NCBI GenBank assembly: GCA_963719725.1
Contig: CAVRCU010000001.1
Span: forward strand, 797,416 to 861,415
Direction of reading: 5' to 3'
DNA from: an uncultured Solirubrobacterales bacterium
GTDB taxonomy: Bacteria > Actinomycetota > Thermoleophilia > Solirubrobacterales > Solirubrobacteraceae
DNA length: 64,000 nucleotides
Shown here: positions 11,930-32,176 of the stretch, in pieces
How positions within the stretch are numbered: the stretch's first letter is position 1
How the letters are laid out: the number at the start of each line of letters is the position of its first letter
Translations under genes and position numbers: made by a program
Notes under the pieces: model-generated
Told to the model about the DNA's origin: nothing
Databases searched by the model: none
Seen by the model: the letters and a program-made list of their open reading frames with translations, nothing else

Positions 11930-12937
11930 CAGATCCTTGGCGAGCTGGCGCTCGGGCGCGATGCGCACAACGTCCCAGACCAGGCCGATGCGCTCCAGAC
12001 CGGCGATGAACCAGCCGGAGGGGTCGAGCTGCCACCAGCGCAGCCCGTGGCGCGCGGAGGTCGGGAAGGCGTGGTGGTTGTTGTGCCACGCCTCCCCGAG
12101 GGTGGGGAGCGCCAGCCACAGCAGGTTGCGCGACTCGTCGTGCGTGACGAACTCGCGCCGGCCGAAGAAGTGGCACAGCGAGTTGATCGAGAACGTGGCG
12201 TGGTGCAGGAAGAAGATCCGCACCGCCCCGCCCCACAGCAGGCCCGTCAGTCCGCCGACGATCGTCCCGGTCAGCGCAACGCCCAAGCCGAACGGCAGGG
12301 CGAGCCCTGCCAGCACCCACAGCACGAAGGTGCGGTCGACGAACCGCACCACAGGGTCCTCGAGCAGGTCCTTGGCGTAGCGTTCCTCGTTCGCGAGGTC
12401 GTTGGCGCTGAAGATCCAGCCCATGTGAGCGTGGTACAGGCCGCTCAGCGCGCCGCGCCAGCCGCTGCCGTGGTCGACGTGAGGGCTGTGCGGATCTCCG
12501 GGCTGGTCGGAGAAGCGGTGGTGCTTGCGGTGGTTGGAGACCCACTCGATCACCGGCCCCTCGATCGCCGCCGAGCCCAGCACTGCCAGCAGCGCCCGCA
12601 GCGGCTGGCTGGTCTTGAAGCTGCGGTGAGTGAATAGGCGGTGAAAGCCCACAGTCACGCCCAGACCGGTCAGCAGATAGGTGATCGCCAGCACGACCAG
12701 GTCCGGCCAGCGCAGCGCCCCACCCCACGCCAGCCACGCCGCGAAGCCCAGGAGCACCAGCGGCACGACCGTCACCACGACGTTCGCGACCTGGTCGACG
12801 TCGATGGCTTTGCGCTCGGTCACCACCGGGGCCGCGGCGGGGCTGGGCTCAGTCTCAGCGGTGGCACTGGGGCTGGGGCTGGGCTCAGCCTCTCGAGGAC
12901 GCACTACCGGCATCCCGCGATCGTACACCTCGCCCAC
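11918..12937 (-). CDS. Acyl-CoA delta-9-type fatty acid desaturase
   Basis: His boxes HRLFTH, HRKHH, HNNHH. Confidence 0.95.
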   Translation of the reverse strand: MGEVYDRGMPVVRPREAEPSPSPSATAETEPSPAAAPVVTERKAIDVDQVANVVVTVVPLVLLGFAAWLAWGGALRWPDLVVLAITYLLTGLGVTVGFHRLFTHRSFKTSQPLRALLAVLGSAAIEGPVIEWVSNHRKHHRFSDQPGDPHSPHVDHGSGWRGALSGLYHAHMGWIFSANDLANEERYAKDLLEDPVVRFVDRTFVLWVLAGLALPFGLGVALTGTIVGGLTGLLWGGAVRIFFLHHATFSINSLCHFFGRREFVTHDESRNLLWLALPTLGEAWHNNHHAFPTSARHGLRWWQLDPSGWFIAGLERIGLVWDVVRIAPERQLAKDLSGS

Positions 12938-12953
12938 GCGGCAGCTAGTTGCG

Positions 12954-17066
<4,113 letters not shown>

Positions 17067-17164
17067 CTGCAGTGCGCTTTCGCTCGAAGGAAAACAGTGG
17101 GTTGATCCGGGTTTCCAGCAGAGGCTCGCGGCGCTGCCACCCGGCGGCGGCGCCTACTGCGGGG

Positions 17165-20956
<3,792 letters not shown>

Positions 20957-21245
20957 GGAAGACTCCTTCGAGGGCGAGAGACGTGCAGAGAGGTGCGACA
21001 GGCGCGACCCGTCAAGATAGCACAGACCATCGCCGCCCTCAAGTGGGCAGCCGGCGCTCACGGACCCCGCCCCTCCAGCGACCGCGTATGTGGCGCGGTC
21101 CCGATGTCATTCGGGCGGCTGCGGCTATCGGCCGGCGGGCCGATTCTACCGGAAAATGGGCGCAGATGTTAGGGGCAGGTAAAGACCGCTCCGCGCTACC
21201 GGCGGTCAGCACGGCGGGCCGTCCGGGGGGGGGCGGGGGGGATCC

Positions 21246-21632
21246 CTACTTCAGCTCGACCGAGGCCCCGGCCTCCTCGAGTTCCTGCTTGAGCTTGTCG
21301 GCCTCGTCCTTTTCGACGCCCTCCTTGACGGGCTTGGGGGCCTCGTCGACGAGCGCCTTGGCCTCCTTGAGGCCGAGGCCGGTGGCGCTGCGAACGACCT
21401 TGATCACCTGGATCTTCTTGTCGCCGGCGCCGGTCAGCATCACGTCGAAGGTGCTCGGGCCTTCCTCCTCGGCGGCCACCTCGCCGCCACCGGCGCCCGC
21501 CGCGGCGACCGGCGCGGCGACGGCCGCGGCCGACACGCCGAACTCCTCCTCCAGCGCCTTGATCCGCTCGGCGAGCTCCAGCACCGAGATGCCCTTCAGC
21601 TCGTCGATCCACTCCTGTGTGCTCGTTGCCAT
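21246..21632 (-). CDS. rplL: 50S ribosomal protein L7/L12
   Basis: [25 protein letters not shown]. Confidence 0.99.
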   Translation of the reverse strand: MATSTQEWIDELKGISVLELAERIKALEEEFGVSAAAVAAPVAAAGAGGGEVAAEEEGPSTFDVMLTGAGDKKIQVIKVVRSATGLGLKEAKALVDEAPKPVKEGVEKDEADKLKQELEEAGASVELK

Positions 21633-21635
21633 CTG

Positions 21636-22181
21636 TCAGTCCTCCTGGTTTGAAGTTGAAGTTGCGGTTTGCATCTGGTCGCGCACCTGGCCCAGCGCGA
21701 CGGCGAGGCCGCCGACGAGGGCGCCGAGGGTGCGGACGAGTCCGGTGACGGGCGACGCGACGACGCCGACGAGCTGCCCGTACAGCGCTTCGCGGGAGGG
21801 CAGCCGCGAGATCGCGCGGATCTGGTCGGCGTCCAACGCGTCCCCGTCCAGCAGCCCGCCCTTGAACGGCAGCAGCTGGGTGAGGCGGGCGTAGTCGGCA
21901 ACCGCCTTGGCCGCCTGGGCGGCGTCGCCGCGGACGAAGGTCAGCGCCGTGGGCCCCTGCAGCAGCTCCTTCAGGGCGGCAGCGCCGGCCTGGTCGGCGG
22001 CGCGTTCGGTGAGCGAGTTCTTGACGACCCGGAAGCTGGCGTCGGACTCGCTGAGCCGGGCGCGCAGCTCGGCGATCTGGGCGACGGTGATGCCGCGGTA
22101 GTCCACCGCGAACACGGCCTGGGATTCCTCGATGTTGGCGGCGATCTGGGCGATCACCGCGGCCTTCTGGTCTCGGTTCAT
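21636..22181 (-). CDS. rplJ: 50S ribosomal protein L10
   Basis: DYRGITVAQIAELR, VVKNSL, LPSREALY. Confidence 0.98.
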   Translation of the reverse strand: MNRDQKAAVIAQIAANIEESQAVFAVDYRGITVAQIAELRARLSESDASFRVVKNSLTERAADQAGAAALKELLQGPTALTFVRGDAAQAAKAVADYARLTQLLPFKGGLLDGDALDADQIRAISRLPSREALYGQLVGVVASPVTGLVRTLGALVGGLAVALGQVRDQMQTATSTSNQED

Positions 22182-22184
22182 AGG

Positions 22185-22245
22185 GCTCCTGTCCCGGGCT
22201 TAGGCGCCGATCGGAGATCGGTGCGGCCGGGGGTCTTCGGTTGGC
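22185..22245 (-). promoter_or_regulatory. L10 leader RNA
   Basis: CCGAAGACCCCCGG...CTAAGCCCGGG with internal CCGATC/GATCGG hairpin directly 5' of rplJ; resembles the AGAC/UAA L10-leader motif. Confidence 0.65.
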
Positions 22246-22276
22246 CTGAGGTGGGCGGTCTACGGTTTGGGCGCGG

Positions 22277-23011
22277 CTACGCCGCGGCCTTCGCGGACGG
22301 CGCCTCCTCAACGATATCGCGGGTGCGGCTCGGATCGACCTTGACGCCCGGCCCCATCGTGGAGGTGAGGGCGATGGAGTGCAGGTAGCGGCCCTTTGCG
22401 GCCGAGGGCTTGGCGCGGATCAGCTCTTCGATGACCGCGGCGTAGTTCTCAAGCAGCTTGCGGCCCTCGAAGCTGGTCTTGCCGATCACGAGGTGCACGA
22501 TCGCGGTGCGGTCGGTGCGGTACTCGACCTTCCCGGCCTTGGACTCCTTGACGGCCTTGGCGACGTCCATCGTGACGGTGCCCACTTTCGGGTTGGGCAT
22601 CTTGCCGGAGGGGCCGAGGATGCGCCCGAGGCGCCCCACGACCGACATCAGGTCTGGGGTCGCGATCACGACGTCGAACTCGTCGAAGCCCTCCTGGATG
22701 CGTTTGGCGAGATCCTCGGCGCCGACGACGTCGGCGCCGGCCTCCTGCGCCTCGCGGGCCTTGTCGCCCTGGGCGAACACCGCGACCTTGACGTCGCGGC
22801 CGAGGCCGTTGGGCAGGGCGATCGTGCCGCGCAGCTGCTCGTCGGCGTGGCGGACGTTCAGCCCGGTGCGCACATGGACCTCGACGGACTCGTCGAACTT
22901 GGCGCTGGCGAGGCTCTTGACCAGCTCGACGGCCTCGGCGGGCTGGTACTCGCGCTCGCGGTCGATCTGCTCGCGCGCCTGGAGGTGGCGCCGCCCGTGG
23001 TGGGTGGTCAT
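22277..23011 (-). CDS. rplA: 50S ribosomal protein L1
   Basis: [31 protein letters not shown] at 23011 after GGAGG. Confidence 0.99.
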   Translation of the reverse strand: MTTHHGRRHLQAREQIDREREYQPAEAVELVKSLASAKFDESVEVHVRTGLNVRHADEQLRGTIALPNGLGRDVKVAVFAQGDKAREAQEAGADVVGAEDLAKRIQEGFDEFDVVIATPDLMSVVGRLGRILGPSGKMPNPKVGTVTMDVAKAVKESKAGKVEYRTDRTAIVHLVIGKTSFEGRKLLENYAAVIEELIRAKPSAAKGRYLHSIALTSTMGPGVKVDPSRTRDIVEEAPSAKAAA

Positions 23012-23087
23012 GGGACCTCCGTAGGCCATCCGGGCCCACGGTCTGATTCGATGGGGCTGCCTCCGGCCGCCCTTGACCGATGAAGCC

Positions 23088-23519
23088 TCACGGCTTCATC
23101 TCCACATCTACGCCCATCGAGCGAGCGGTCCCGGCGATGATCCGCGAGGCGTGCTCGACGTCGTGGGCGTTGAGGTCGGGAAGCTTGCGCTCGGCGATCT
23201 GGAGGAGCTGGGCCTGGGTGAGCTTGCCGACCTTGGTGCGGTGCGGCTCGCCGGAGCCCTTCTCGATGCGCAGCGCCTCGCGGATCAGGACCGCGGCGGG
23301 CGGTGTCTTGGTGACGAACGTGAACGAGCGGTCCTCGTAGACGGTGATCACGACCGGGACGATCGTCCCGGTTTCGCTCTGGGTCTGGGCGTTGAAGGAC
23401 TTGCAGAACTCCATGATGTTGATCCCGTGCTGGCCCAGCGCAGGACCGACCGGCGGGGCCGGGCTCGCCTGACCCGCGCGGGCCTGGAGCTTGATCGTTG
23501 TCAGAACCTTCTTCGCCAT
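23088..23519 (-). CDS. rplK: 50S ribosomal protein L11
   Basis: [21 protein letters not shown]. Confidence 0.99.
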   Translation of the reverse strand: MAKKVLTTIKLQARAGQASPAPPVGPALGQHGINIMEFCKSFNAQTQSETGTIVPVVITVYEDRSFTFVTKTPPAAVLIREALRIEKGSGEPHRTKVGKLTQAQLLQIAERKLPDLNAHDVEHASRIIAGTARSMGVDVEMKP

Positions 23520-24040
23520 TAGATCTTTTTCACCTGATCAAAACCCACCTCTACGGGGGTCTCGCGGCCGAAGATTGATACCAGCACCTTGAGCTTGGCG
23601 GCGTCGTCGTTGATCTCGGAGATCTCCCCGGAGAAGTCCGACAGCGGGCCGGAGACGACCTTGACGGTCTCGCCGATCGCGAACTGCGCGCGGGTGCGCG
23701 GGGCGGTGGCGACCTCCTTGTGCATGAGACGATCGACCTCGCCCTGGGTCAGCGGCACCGGCTCCTGGGAGGCCCCGACGAAGCCTGTCACCCCGGGGGT
23801 GCCCTTGACGACGCCCCAGGAGTCCTCGTTGAGGTCCATGTTGACGAGCACGTAGCCCGGCATGGTGCGCTTCTCGACGGTGATCTTCTGGTTGTCCTTC
23901 ATCTCGGAGACGGCTTCGGTGGGCACGACGACCTGGCGCACGGCGCGCTGCTGGCCCAGCGAGACGACGCGGTGCTCGAGGTTGTGCTTGACCTTGTTCT
24001 CGTGACCGGAGTATGTGTTGACGACGTACCAGCGAAACAT
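23519..24040 (-). CDS. nusG: Transcription factor NusG
   Basis: [23 protein letters not shown] domain, IFGRETPVE. Confidence 0.99.
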   Translation of the reverse strand: MFRWYVVNTYSGHENKVKHNLEHRVVSLGQQRAVRQVVVPTEAVSEMKDNQKITVEKRTMPGYVLVNMDLNEDSWGVVKGTPGVTGFVGASQEPVPLTQGEVDRLMHKEVATAPRTRAQFAIGETVKVVSGPLSDFSGEISEINDDAAKLKVLVSIFGRETPVEVGFDQVKKI

Positions 24041-24062
24041 TCGGTTCCTAAAGCCTCGATTG

Positions 24063-24641
24063 TCAGAGGATGAGATTCACTATCTTCTGGGCGACCCAGT
24101 CGGCGGCGCCGAGGTAGAGGCCGGCGACGGCGACGAAGCCCAACACGACCGCGGTGGCCTGGGTGACCTGGGGGCGGTCGGGCCACTGTACCCGCTGGAG
24201 CTCGGCCCAGCTGGCACGCAGGAAGGCGACGGCCCGGAGGGGCAGCCGCTGGCGAGGCTCGGCAACGGCGAGCTCGCCCCCGGCGGCACCGTCGTCGGCC
24301 GGCTGGAGAGCGACGCCCTTGCGCGAGCCGCGACGGGTGGGTGGGCGGGCGGGCGGGCTCTCAACTTCGTCGCCGTCGACGGGCTCCAGCTCGGAGGCGG
24401 CGCCGTTGGGGGCTGGCTCCTCGACGGCCTCAGCGGGGGGCGACTCGAGCGCGTCGGGCGGCATCGGGACGCCCTGGGCACCGGCGACGAGGGCGGCGTC
24501 GAACTCGTCGACCTCGCCGGAGGCGTGCTCCAGCGCCCCAGGCACGTCGGCGCGGTGGATCTCCGAGCGCGCGCCGGCGTGCAGCCCGCGCTGGGTCCGT
24601 CGCTGCTGGCGCTGCTTTGCGCGTTTGCGGTCACGGGCCAC
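24063..24641 (-). CDS. secE: SecE with long N-terminal extension
   Basis: C-terminal ELQRVQWP plus one TM; GTG at 24641 after AGGAG; lies between rpmG and nusG. Confidence 0.92.
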   Translation of the reverse strand: MARDRKRAKQRQQRRTQRGLHAGARSEIHRADVPGALEHASGEVDEFDAALVAGAQGVPMPPDALESPPAEAVEEPAPNGAASELEPVDGDEVESPPARPPTRRGSRKGVALQPADDGAAGGELAVAEPRQRLPLRAVAFLRASWAELQRVQWPDRPQVTQATAVVLGFVAVAGLYLGAADWVAQKIVNLIL

Positions 24642-24658
24642 GACAGCGCTCCTAGGCG

Positions 24659-24823
24659 CTAGCGAGTCTCCCGATGGCCGGTGTGCCTGCGGCACCAGCG
24701 GCAGTACTTGCGCAGGGCGATCCGGTCGGGGTTGTTGCGCTTGCTCTTATTGGTCTGGTAGTTGCGATGCTTGCACTCCTCGCAAGCGAGGGTGATTGCG
24801 ATTCGGACGTCTCCGCGGGCCAT
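24659..24823 (-). CDS. rpmG: 50S ribosomal protein L33 (Zn-binding form)
   Basis: [24 protein letters not shown]...[16 protein letters not shown]. Confidence 0.97.
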   Translation of the reverse strand: MARGDVRIAITLACEECKHRNYQTNKSKRNNPDRIALRKYCRWCRRHTGHRETR

Positions 24824-25166
24824 GAGGTCTCGGTTCCCTGCGTCGTCGTGGGCGTGTGGACTGGCAGCCCCAGGCGAAGAAAAACCCCGCCTGGCGCGAG
24901 GTCCCGTCAAGTCTAGCGCGGTTTTTCTCGTATGGCTCCCTGCCCGTCCGACCGGCCCGCCGCCGGGCCTGGCGGGCCGGCCCGCCAGTCGGTGCGCAAC
25001 CGCAGCGACTCCCCGAGCCCGGCCGTCTCGGGAGTCGGGCGCCGCTGTCTCCGACAGAGACGGCGGGTCCCGTCGGGGGCCTGCGTCATCCTGTACGCGG
25101 CGTCGGCGCGGCCGCGCGCCGGCGTGCTCGAAGCCCACCGCGAACCGCACGAGGAGGCCCATCACC

Positions 25167-25934
25167 ATGCAGCTGCCCGAGCCGATCCCGACCGCCGTCC
25201 ACGACGAGAGCTTCGCGGGGGCGACGTACCACGTCCGCGGGGAGCTGGTGCCCGAGCTGCAGATCGAGGTGGGGGCGGTGAGCGTGATGTTCGAGCACCA
25301 CGTGCTGCTGTGGAAGGAGACCCAGGTCAATGTCGAGCTCAAGAAGCTCCCGGGCGGGGTCAAACGTAAGATCGCGGGCCTGGACTACTTCGTGACGCGG
25401 ACGTCGGGCGCGGGGCACATCGCGTTCTCGCGCGACTCCCCGGGCCAGTGCGTGCCGATGCACCTGCGCGAGGGCGAGGGGCTGGACGTGCGCGAGCACC
25501 AGTTCCTGGCGGCGACCGACAACCTCGACTACAGCTATGAGCGGATCAAGGGCGTGCAGAACATGCTGCTGGGGGGCTCGGGCTTCTTCATGGACAAGTT
25601 CCGCGCGACGCAGGGCGACGCGCTGGTGTGGCTGCACGGCCACGGCAACGTCTTTCTGGTGGACCTCGCGGCGGGCGAGCAGCTCGACGTGGAGGCGGGG
25701 GCATGGCTGTACAAGGACCCGTCGGTGAGCCTGGAGGCGATCACGATGGGCCTCAAGAGCGGGCTCATGGGCGGCGGGGGCAAGCTGACCTGGAACCGCT
25801 TCAGCGGCCCGGGGCACCTGGCGATCCAGACGATGTTCATCGCGCCGGCGGAGGGCGAGGAGACCTCCAACGCGCAGGCGGCGACCGCGGGCGGCATCGC
25901 GGGGGCGCTGATCGGCGGGCTGACACGCGGGTAG
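25167..25934 (+). CDS. AIM24 family protein
   Basis: [44 protein letters not shown]. Confidence 0.85.
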   Translation: MQLPEPIPTAVHDESFAGATYHVRGELVPELQIEVGAVSVMFEHHVLLWKETQVNVELKKLPGGVKRKIAGLDYFVTRTSGAGHIAFSRDSPGQCVPMHLREGEGLDVREHQFLAATDNLDYSYERIKGVQNMLLGGSGFFMDKFRATQGDALVWLHGHGNVFLVDLAAGEQLDVEAGAWLYKDPSVSLEAITMGLKSGLMGGGGKLTWNRFSGPGHLAIQTMFIAPAEGEETSNAQAATAGGIAGALIGGLTRG

Positions 25935-26134
25935 CGTAGCCCCGGTGCGGCGTGCCGGCTTTCTGTGGCGGCGCATTGCCTCCTCGTGCGCTGAGCGGCG
26001 AGCTCACGTGCGGGTAGCGTGCAGTTTGGTGGAGGTAGGTTTGGGATCGTCCGCGCGGGCGCGTGCGGCCAGGCGCGTGTGGGCGCGGGGCCTCCATGCC
26101 CCGCGGACCGTGGACCTGCTCGGACCCGGCGGGT

Positions 26135-27328
26135 CTACTCGTACAGGCTGAGGGCCGCGAGGATCACATACAGCGCGACGAGCGCCCAGCCCTCGAACGC
26201 GGCGGCCTCGCCGTCGCCTGTCACCTGCCAGACGGCGAGCGCGGTGAGGGCGAGCGCCCCGATGTAGACGGGGGCGAGCGCGAAGGTCAGCGTGGTGGCG
26301 AGCGCGAAGGAGACGAGGACGAGCAGCGGGAACAGGAAGGCCGCGATCTGGGCGACGGAGTTCTTGACGACCGAGATCGCGAGGTCGGAGCGGCCCTTCG
26401 CGGCGAGCACGATCCCGGCGGTGTTCTCGACGGCGTTGCCGGCGATCGCGACGATCACGAGGCCGGCGAAGGCCTGGGAGATGTTCAGCTCGACGATCGC
26501 CGGGGAGAGCCCGTTGACGAACCAGTCCGACACGAACGCCGAGGCGGTCCCGGCGACGAACAGCAGTACGAGGGTGATCCGCAGGGACAGGCGCGGGCCG
26601 ACGCGGTCGCGGGCCGACTGGTCGCGGGCCGACTGCTCCTGGGTCGATTCGTCCTGGGCCGACTGCGCTGACGCGGCTCGCGTCGCGGAGCCCCCGGCGC
26701 CAACCTTGATGCCCTCGACCTCGGCGCCGACCTCGACACCGTCGGCGCCCGGCAGGGAGTCCGAGCGCAGGTAGGGGACGACCCAGGTCAGGTAGACCAC
26801 CAGCAGGCAGACCGCCCCGATCGCGGAGATCGCCTTGACGTGATGGCTCGCGGGGTCGTGGGAGGCGAGCGAGAGGCCGAGCAGGACGATGATGAACACC
26901 GTGACCAGCAGCAGCGTCGCGGTGTCGCGGGGGAGGCGCTTGGAGAAGCGCATGATGCCGTCCGGGGCGCGGCTGGCGCCGACGACGATCACAAGCCCGA
27001 GGACGAGCAGGGCGTTGGCGAGCACCGAGCCGACGATCGCGGTCTGGGCGACGACGGTCTCGCCCTTCTGCAGGGCGAAGATCACGACGAACAGCTCGGG
27101 GAGGTTCCCAAGCGTCGACTGGAGCATCCCGGTGACGCCGGGGCCGAAGCGCTCGCCGAGCTGCTCGGTCGCGAACGACACCACCCACGCCAACCCCGCC
27201 AGCGCGAGGGTGGCCAGCGCGAAGCGCGGAACGGCGGCCCACTCGCCGTAGTTCGCGGCGCCCGCCAGCGCGGTCAGCGCGGCGACCACCGCCAGCAGCG
27301 AACGCTCGGTCTTCGTCAGGCCCGTCAT
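26135..27328 (-). CDS. Ca2+/H+ antiporter (CaCA/ChaA family)
   Basis: Alpha repeats GNLPEL and GNAVEN; GSVLANALLVLG. Confidence 0.9.
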   Translation of the reverse strand: MTGLTKTERSLLAVVAALTALAGAANYGEWAAVPRFALATLALAGLAWVVSFATEQLGERFGPGVTGMLQSTLGNLPELFVVIFALQKGETVVAQTAIVGSVLANALLVLGLVIVVGASRAPDGIMRFSKRLPRDTATLLLVTVFIIVLLGLSLASHDPASHHVKAISAIGAVCLLVVYLTWVVPYLRSDSLPGADGVEVGAEVEGIKVGAGGSATRAASAQSAQDESTQEQSARDQSARDRVGPRLSLRITLVLLFVAGTASAFVSDWFVNGLSPAIVELNISQAFAGLVIVAIAGNAVENTAGIVLAAKGRSDLAISVVKNSVAQIAAFLFPLLVLVSFALATTLTFALAPVYIGALALTALAVWQVTGDGEAAAFEGWALVALYVILAALSLYE

Positions 27329-27508
27329 GAGGCTGTCGGGCCCGTGATGAAGGCGGGGCGAGCATCGGAGCGCCGGCCCTCGGAGCCCGCGCGGTCGCCG
27401 CCGTTGTCCTCGACGTCGGGGAGGACCTCCAGGCTGTCCGCCAGGACGATCGGGCGGTCGCCGAGCATCTCAGCAATCTAGGAGACGCGTCGGCGATACG
27501 CTGCGGCG

Positions 27509-28318
27509 GTGCGCCTGGCGACCTTCCTACCCCCCGGCTCCTCGGCTCCCCGCGCCGGGGAGGTTCGCGACGAGCAGGTGGCGGCGTTCGCCGACGAGGG
27601 CCTCACGGTGCTCGACCTGCTGCGCGGAGACGACCCCGTCGCCGCATCCACCGGCGCCGCCGCGGCCGACGGACCGTCGTGGGCGCTTGCGGACGTGACC
27701 CTGCTCGCCCCGATCCCGGCGCCCAGGGCGATCTTCGGGATCGGCCTCAACTACGCCGACCACGTCGCGGAGACCGGGATGCAGCGCCCGGAGAATCCGC
27801 TGGTGTTCCTGAAGCTCCCGTCCTCCGCGGCTCCGCCGAACGGGCCGGTGCGCTGCCCGGCGGTGGTGAGCCGTCTGGACTACGAGGGCGAGCTGGCCGT
27901 GGTGATGGGAGCGGGCGGCACGGTGGCGGGCTATGCGGTCGCCGACGACGTCAGCGCCCGCGACCTGCAGGAGCGCGAGCCGCAGTGGACGCGCGCGAAG
28001 GGCGCCGACGGGTTCTGCCCGTACGGTCCCTGGATCACGACCGCCGACGAGGTCGGCGACCCGCACGCCCTCGCGCTGCGCACGTGGGTCAACGGCGAGC
28101 TGCGCCAGGACTCCAATACGTCCAACCTGATCATCAGGGTCCCCGAGCTGATCGCGTTCATCGCGCAGACCTGCACGCTTCAGGCGGGCGACCTGATCCT
28201 CACCGGGACCCCGGGTGGCGTGGGCATGGGGCTTGACCCGCCGCGCTTCCTGTCGTCGGGCGACTTGGTCCGCATCGAGATCGAGCGCCTCGGCGCGATC
28301 GAGCACGCGGTCGCCTGA
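27509..28318 (+). CDS. Fumarylacetoacetate hydrolase family protein
   Basis: GIGLNYADH, DYEGELAVV, DVSARDLQ, GDLILTGTPGGVG. Confidence 0.95.
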   Translation: MRLATFLPPGSSAPRAGEVRDEQVAAFADEGLTVLDLLRGDDPVAASTGAAAADGPSWALADVTLLAPIPAPRAIFGIGLNYADHVAETGMQRPENPLVFLKLPSSAAPPNGPVRCPAVVSRLDYEGELAVVMGAGGTVAGYAVADDVSARDLQEREPQWTRAKGADGFCPYGPWITTADEVGDPHALALRTWVNGELRQDSNTSNLIIRVPELIAFIAQTCTLQAGDLILTGTPGGVGMGLDPPRFLSSGDLVRIEIERLGAIEHAVA

Positions 28319-28356
28319 GAGCCCCCGCAACCCCGACGATCCCGCTCGGGATTGTT

Positions 28357-28420
28357 GGGCGAACGCATGGGCCAACATTCGTCCGGGCGAACGGTCGGCC
28401 AACATTCGTCCCGGCGAACG
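28357..28420 (+). repeat. ~27-bp direct repeat, 2.3 copies
   Basis: GGCGAACG-N3/4-GGCCAACATTCGTCC twice, then GGCGAACG. Confidence 0.75.
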
Positions 28421-28528
28421 ACAACCGGCGTTGCGACAACTGAGCAGCGGCGAGCCCCGCGATTGCTCCAACAGTCGAAGGTGAGAGCGCGTCGCAGGAC
28501 GGAGAATCCCGCGGTGAGCTCTCCGACG

Positions 28529-30123
28529 ATGACGCCCGCGATCGACGGGTATCGACCCCGTGCGCCGTTCCTGGACGAGCTGTTCGAGCCCGGGGGGCGC
28601 CGCGACCGGCGGCGCGGGCGCTGATGGAGGAGCTGAGCCGCCTCGGCCCCGAGGGGCTGGTCGAGGCGGGGCGGCGACGCGACGCGATCTTCATGCAGCA
28701 GGGGATCACGTTCGAGACGAGCGGCGAGAGCGGGGCGTCGCACGAACGGCCGTTCCCGCTGGACCTGGTGCCGCGGGTGCTGAGCGGCGAGGAGTGGCTG
28801 GACATCAAGCGCGGCCTGGCGCAGCGGATTCGGGCGCTGAACCACTTCGTCGACGACGTCTACCACGCGCGCGAGATCGTGCGCGAGGGGATCGTGCCGT
28901 GGCGACTGGTGGCGGCCTGCTCGCACTTCGCGCGCGCGGTTCACGGGATCCGCCCCCCGGGCGGCGTCTACACCCACGTGGCGGGCTGCGACCTGGTGCG
29001 CGACAGCGATGGGAGCTGGCGGGTGATCGAGGACAACGTCCGGATCCCGTCGGGGATCTCCTATGTGCTGGAGAACCGCGCGGCGATGGCGCGGCTGGTG
29101 CCGGAGCTGTTCGCGTCCTACCGGGTGCGCCCGGTGGACCACTACCCGCAGCTGCTGCTGGGGGCGCTGCGCTCGGTGGCGCCGTCGGCGGAGAGCGAGG
29201 CGACGGTGGTGGTGTGGACGCCGGGGCCGGCGAACCCGGCGTATTTCGAGCACGCGTTCCTGGCGCGGCAGATGGGGGTCGAGCTGGTCGAGGCGTCGGA
29301 CCTGGTGGTGCGCGACGACGTGCTGTACATGCGCACGACCCGCGGCCTGGAGCGGGTCCACGCGGTGTACCGGCGGCTGGACGACGACTTCGTGGACCCG
29401 CTGGAGTTCCGGCCGGACTCGCTGCTGGGGGTCCCGGGCCTGGTGCGGGCGTACCGCGCGGGGAGCGTGGCGATCGCGAACGCGTTCGGGACGGGGGTGG
29501 CGGACGACAAGGCGATCTACTGCTTCGTGCCGGAGATGATCCGCTTCTACCTGGCGGAGGAGCCGATCCTGGAGAACGTCCGGACGTACCTGCTGTCGGA
29601 CCCGGAGGTGCTGGAGCACGTGCTCGATCGCCTCGACGAGCTGGTCGTAAAGCCGACGGGCGAGTCGGGCGGCAGGGGCGTGACGATCGGCCCGCACGCC
29701 AGCGACCGCGAGCTCGTGCGGATGCGCGATACGATCCTCGCGCACCCCGAACGGTGGATCGCGCAGGACGTGGTGCAGCTGTCGACGGTGCCGACGGTCG
29801 GACCGGAGGGGAACCTGCACCCGCGCCATGTGGACCTGCGGCCGTTCGCGGTGTTCGGCGAGCGGATCGACATCGTCCCGGGGGGCCTGACGCGGGTGGC
29901 CCTGGAGGATGGCTCGATGATCGTCAACTCGTCGCGGGGCGGGGGCTCGAAGGACACGTGGGTGCTCCAGGACAGCGCCGACGGCACCGACGACGGTGAC
30001 GGAGCGGCGGGGGGCGGGTTTTCGGTCTCCGACCCGCTGGCGCCGACGCTGCCGGACCTGCGCTACGGGGCGTGGAGCGGGCAGCAGCAGCAGCAGCAGC
30101 AGCAGTGGAGGTCTCCTGGCTGA
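28529..30123 (+). CDS. Circularly permuted type 2 ATP-grasp protein (frameshift near 28600-28620)
   Basis: PFPLDLVPR, EDNVRIPSGISY, YFEHAFLA, HVDLRPF, IVNSSRGGGSKDTWV; C-terminal Q8. Confidence 0.93.
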
Positions 30124-30239
30124 TGGCGGCACCCGGCTCGCCGCGGTGGCGGCGCCCTCAGCGACAGCGCTGTCGGCGGCAACGCCCTTGGCGGCGTCGC
30201 GCTCGGTGGCGGACGCGGCTGGGTGCCGCGGGCTGAGCG

Positions 30240-31281
<1,042 letters not shown>

Positions 31282-31288
31282 GGGCGCG

Positions 31289-32176
31289 GTGCACTTCGCG
31301 ATCCGCTACCTGACGGAGTACCGCTACGAGGCCGCGGTGACGGACAACCTCAACGCGCTGCGGGTGCGCCCGGCGACGACGTCGTCGCAGCGCTGCGACG
31401 AGTTCCACACCCGAATCGAGCCGGAGGCGCGGGTGAGCCGCCACCTCGACTACTTCGGGACGGAGGTGCTGGAGTTCGGGATCCCGACGGCGCACGACCA
31501 CCTGACGATCGACGTGCGGGCGCGGGTGGTGACGTCCGAGCCGCCGGAGCCGCCGGAGGGGTCGTGGGAGGACCTGCGCGGCGGCTCCTACCTCGACGCG
31601 GCCGGCGAGTTCGCGCTGCCGTGGCAGGACCAGCCGGCGATCCGCGGGCTGGACGACCTGGCCGACGCGCCGGACGCCGACAGCCCGTTGGAGGCCCTGG
31701 AATCGCTCTGCGAGCTGGTGCCGGACCGCTTCGAGTACCGCCCGGGGGTGACGTACGTGGGCTCGACAATCGAGGACCTGCTGACGATGGGGGCGGGGGT
31801 GTGCCAGGACTTCGTGCACCTCTCGCTGGTGCTGCTGCGCCGCCGCGGGATCGCGGCGCGCTACGTGTCGGGCTACCTGTGGGCGGCCCCGGAGGACGAC
31901 GGGGACGACTCGGTGGAGGTCGACACCCACGCCTGGCTGGAGGCGCTGCTCCCCGGTGACTCAAGCCCGCGCGGCGAGCCGGTGTGGGTGGGCGCGGACC
32001 CGACCAACCGCCGGCTCGCGGGAGAGACCCACGTGAAGATCGGCCACGGCCGCTTCTACGCCGACGTCCCCCCGGTGAAGGGCCTCTTCCGAGGCCCACC
32101 CGGCTCGGCGGCCTCCGAGCTGACGGCGGCGGTGACGATGTCGCGCCTGGACCCCCAGGCCAGCGCACGGGCGTAG
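31289..32176 (+). CDS. Transglutaminase-like protein
   Basis: Triad GVCQDF / HAW / DPTN; RYVSGYL; GRFYADVPP. Confidence 0.95.
   Translation: MHFAIRYLTEYRYEAAVTDNLNALRVRPATTSSQRCDEFHTRIEPEARVSRHLDYFGTEVLEFGIPTAHDHLTIDVRARVVTSEPPEPPEGSWEDLRGGSYLDAAGEFALPWQDQPAIRGLDDLADAPDADSPLEALESLCELVPDRFEYRPGVTYVGSTIEDLLTMGAGVCQDFVHLSLVLLRRRGIAARYVSGYLWAAPEDDGDDSVEVDTHAWLEALLPGDSSPRGEPVWVGADPTNRRLAGETHVKIGHGRFYADVPPVKGLFRGPPGSAASELTAAVTMSRLDPQASARA

Noticed and set aside
23012..23087. Possible L1-binding leader between rplK and rplA
   Set aside because: The canonical L1 internal-loop motif could not be identified with confidence.
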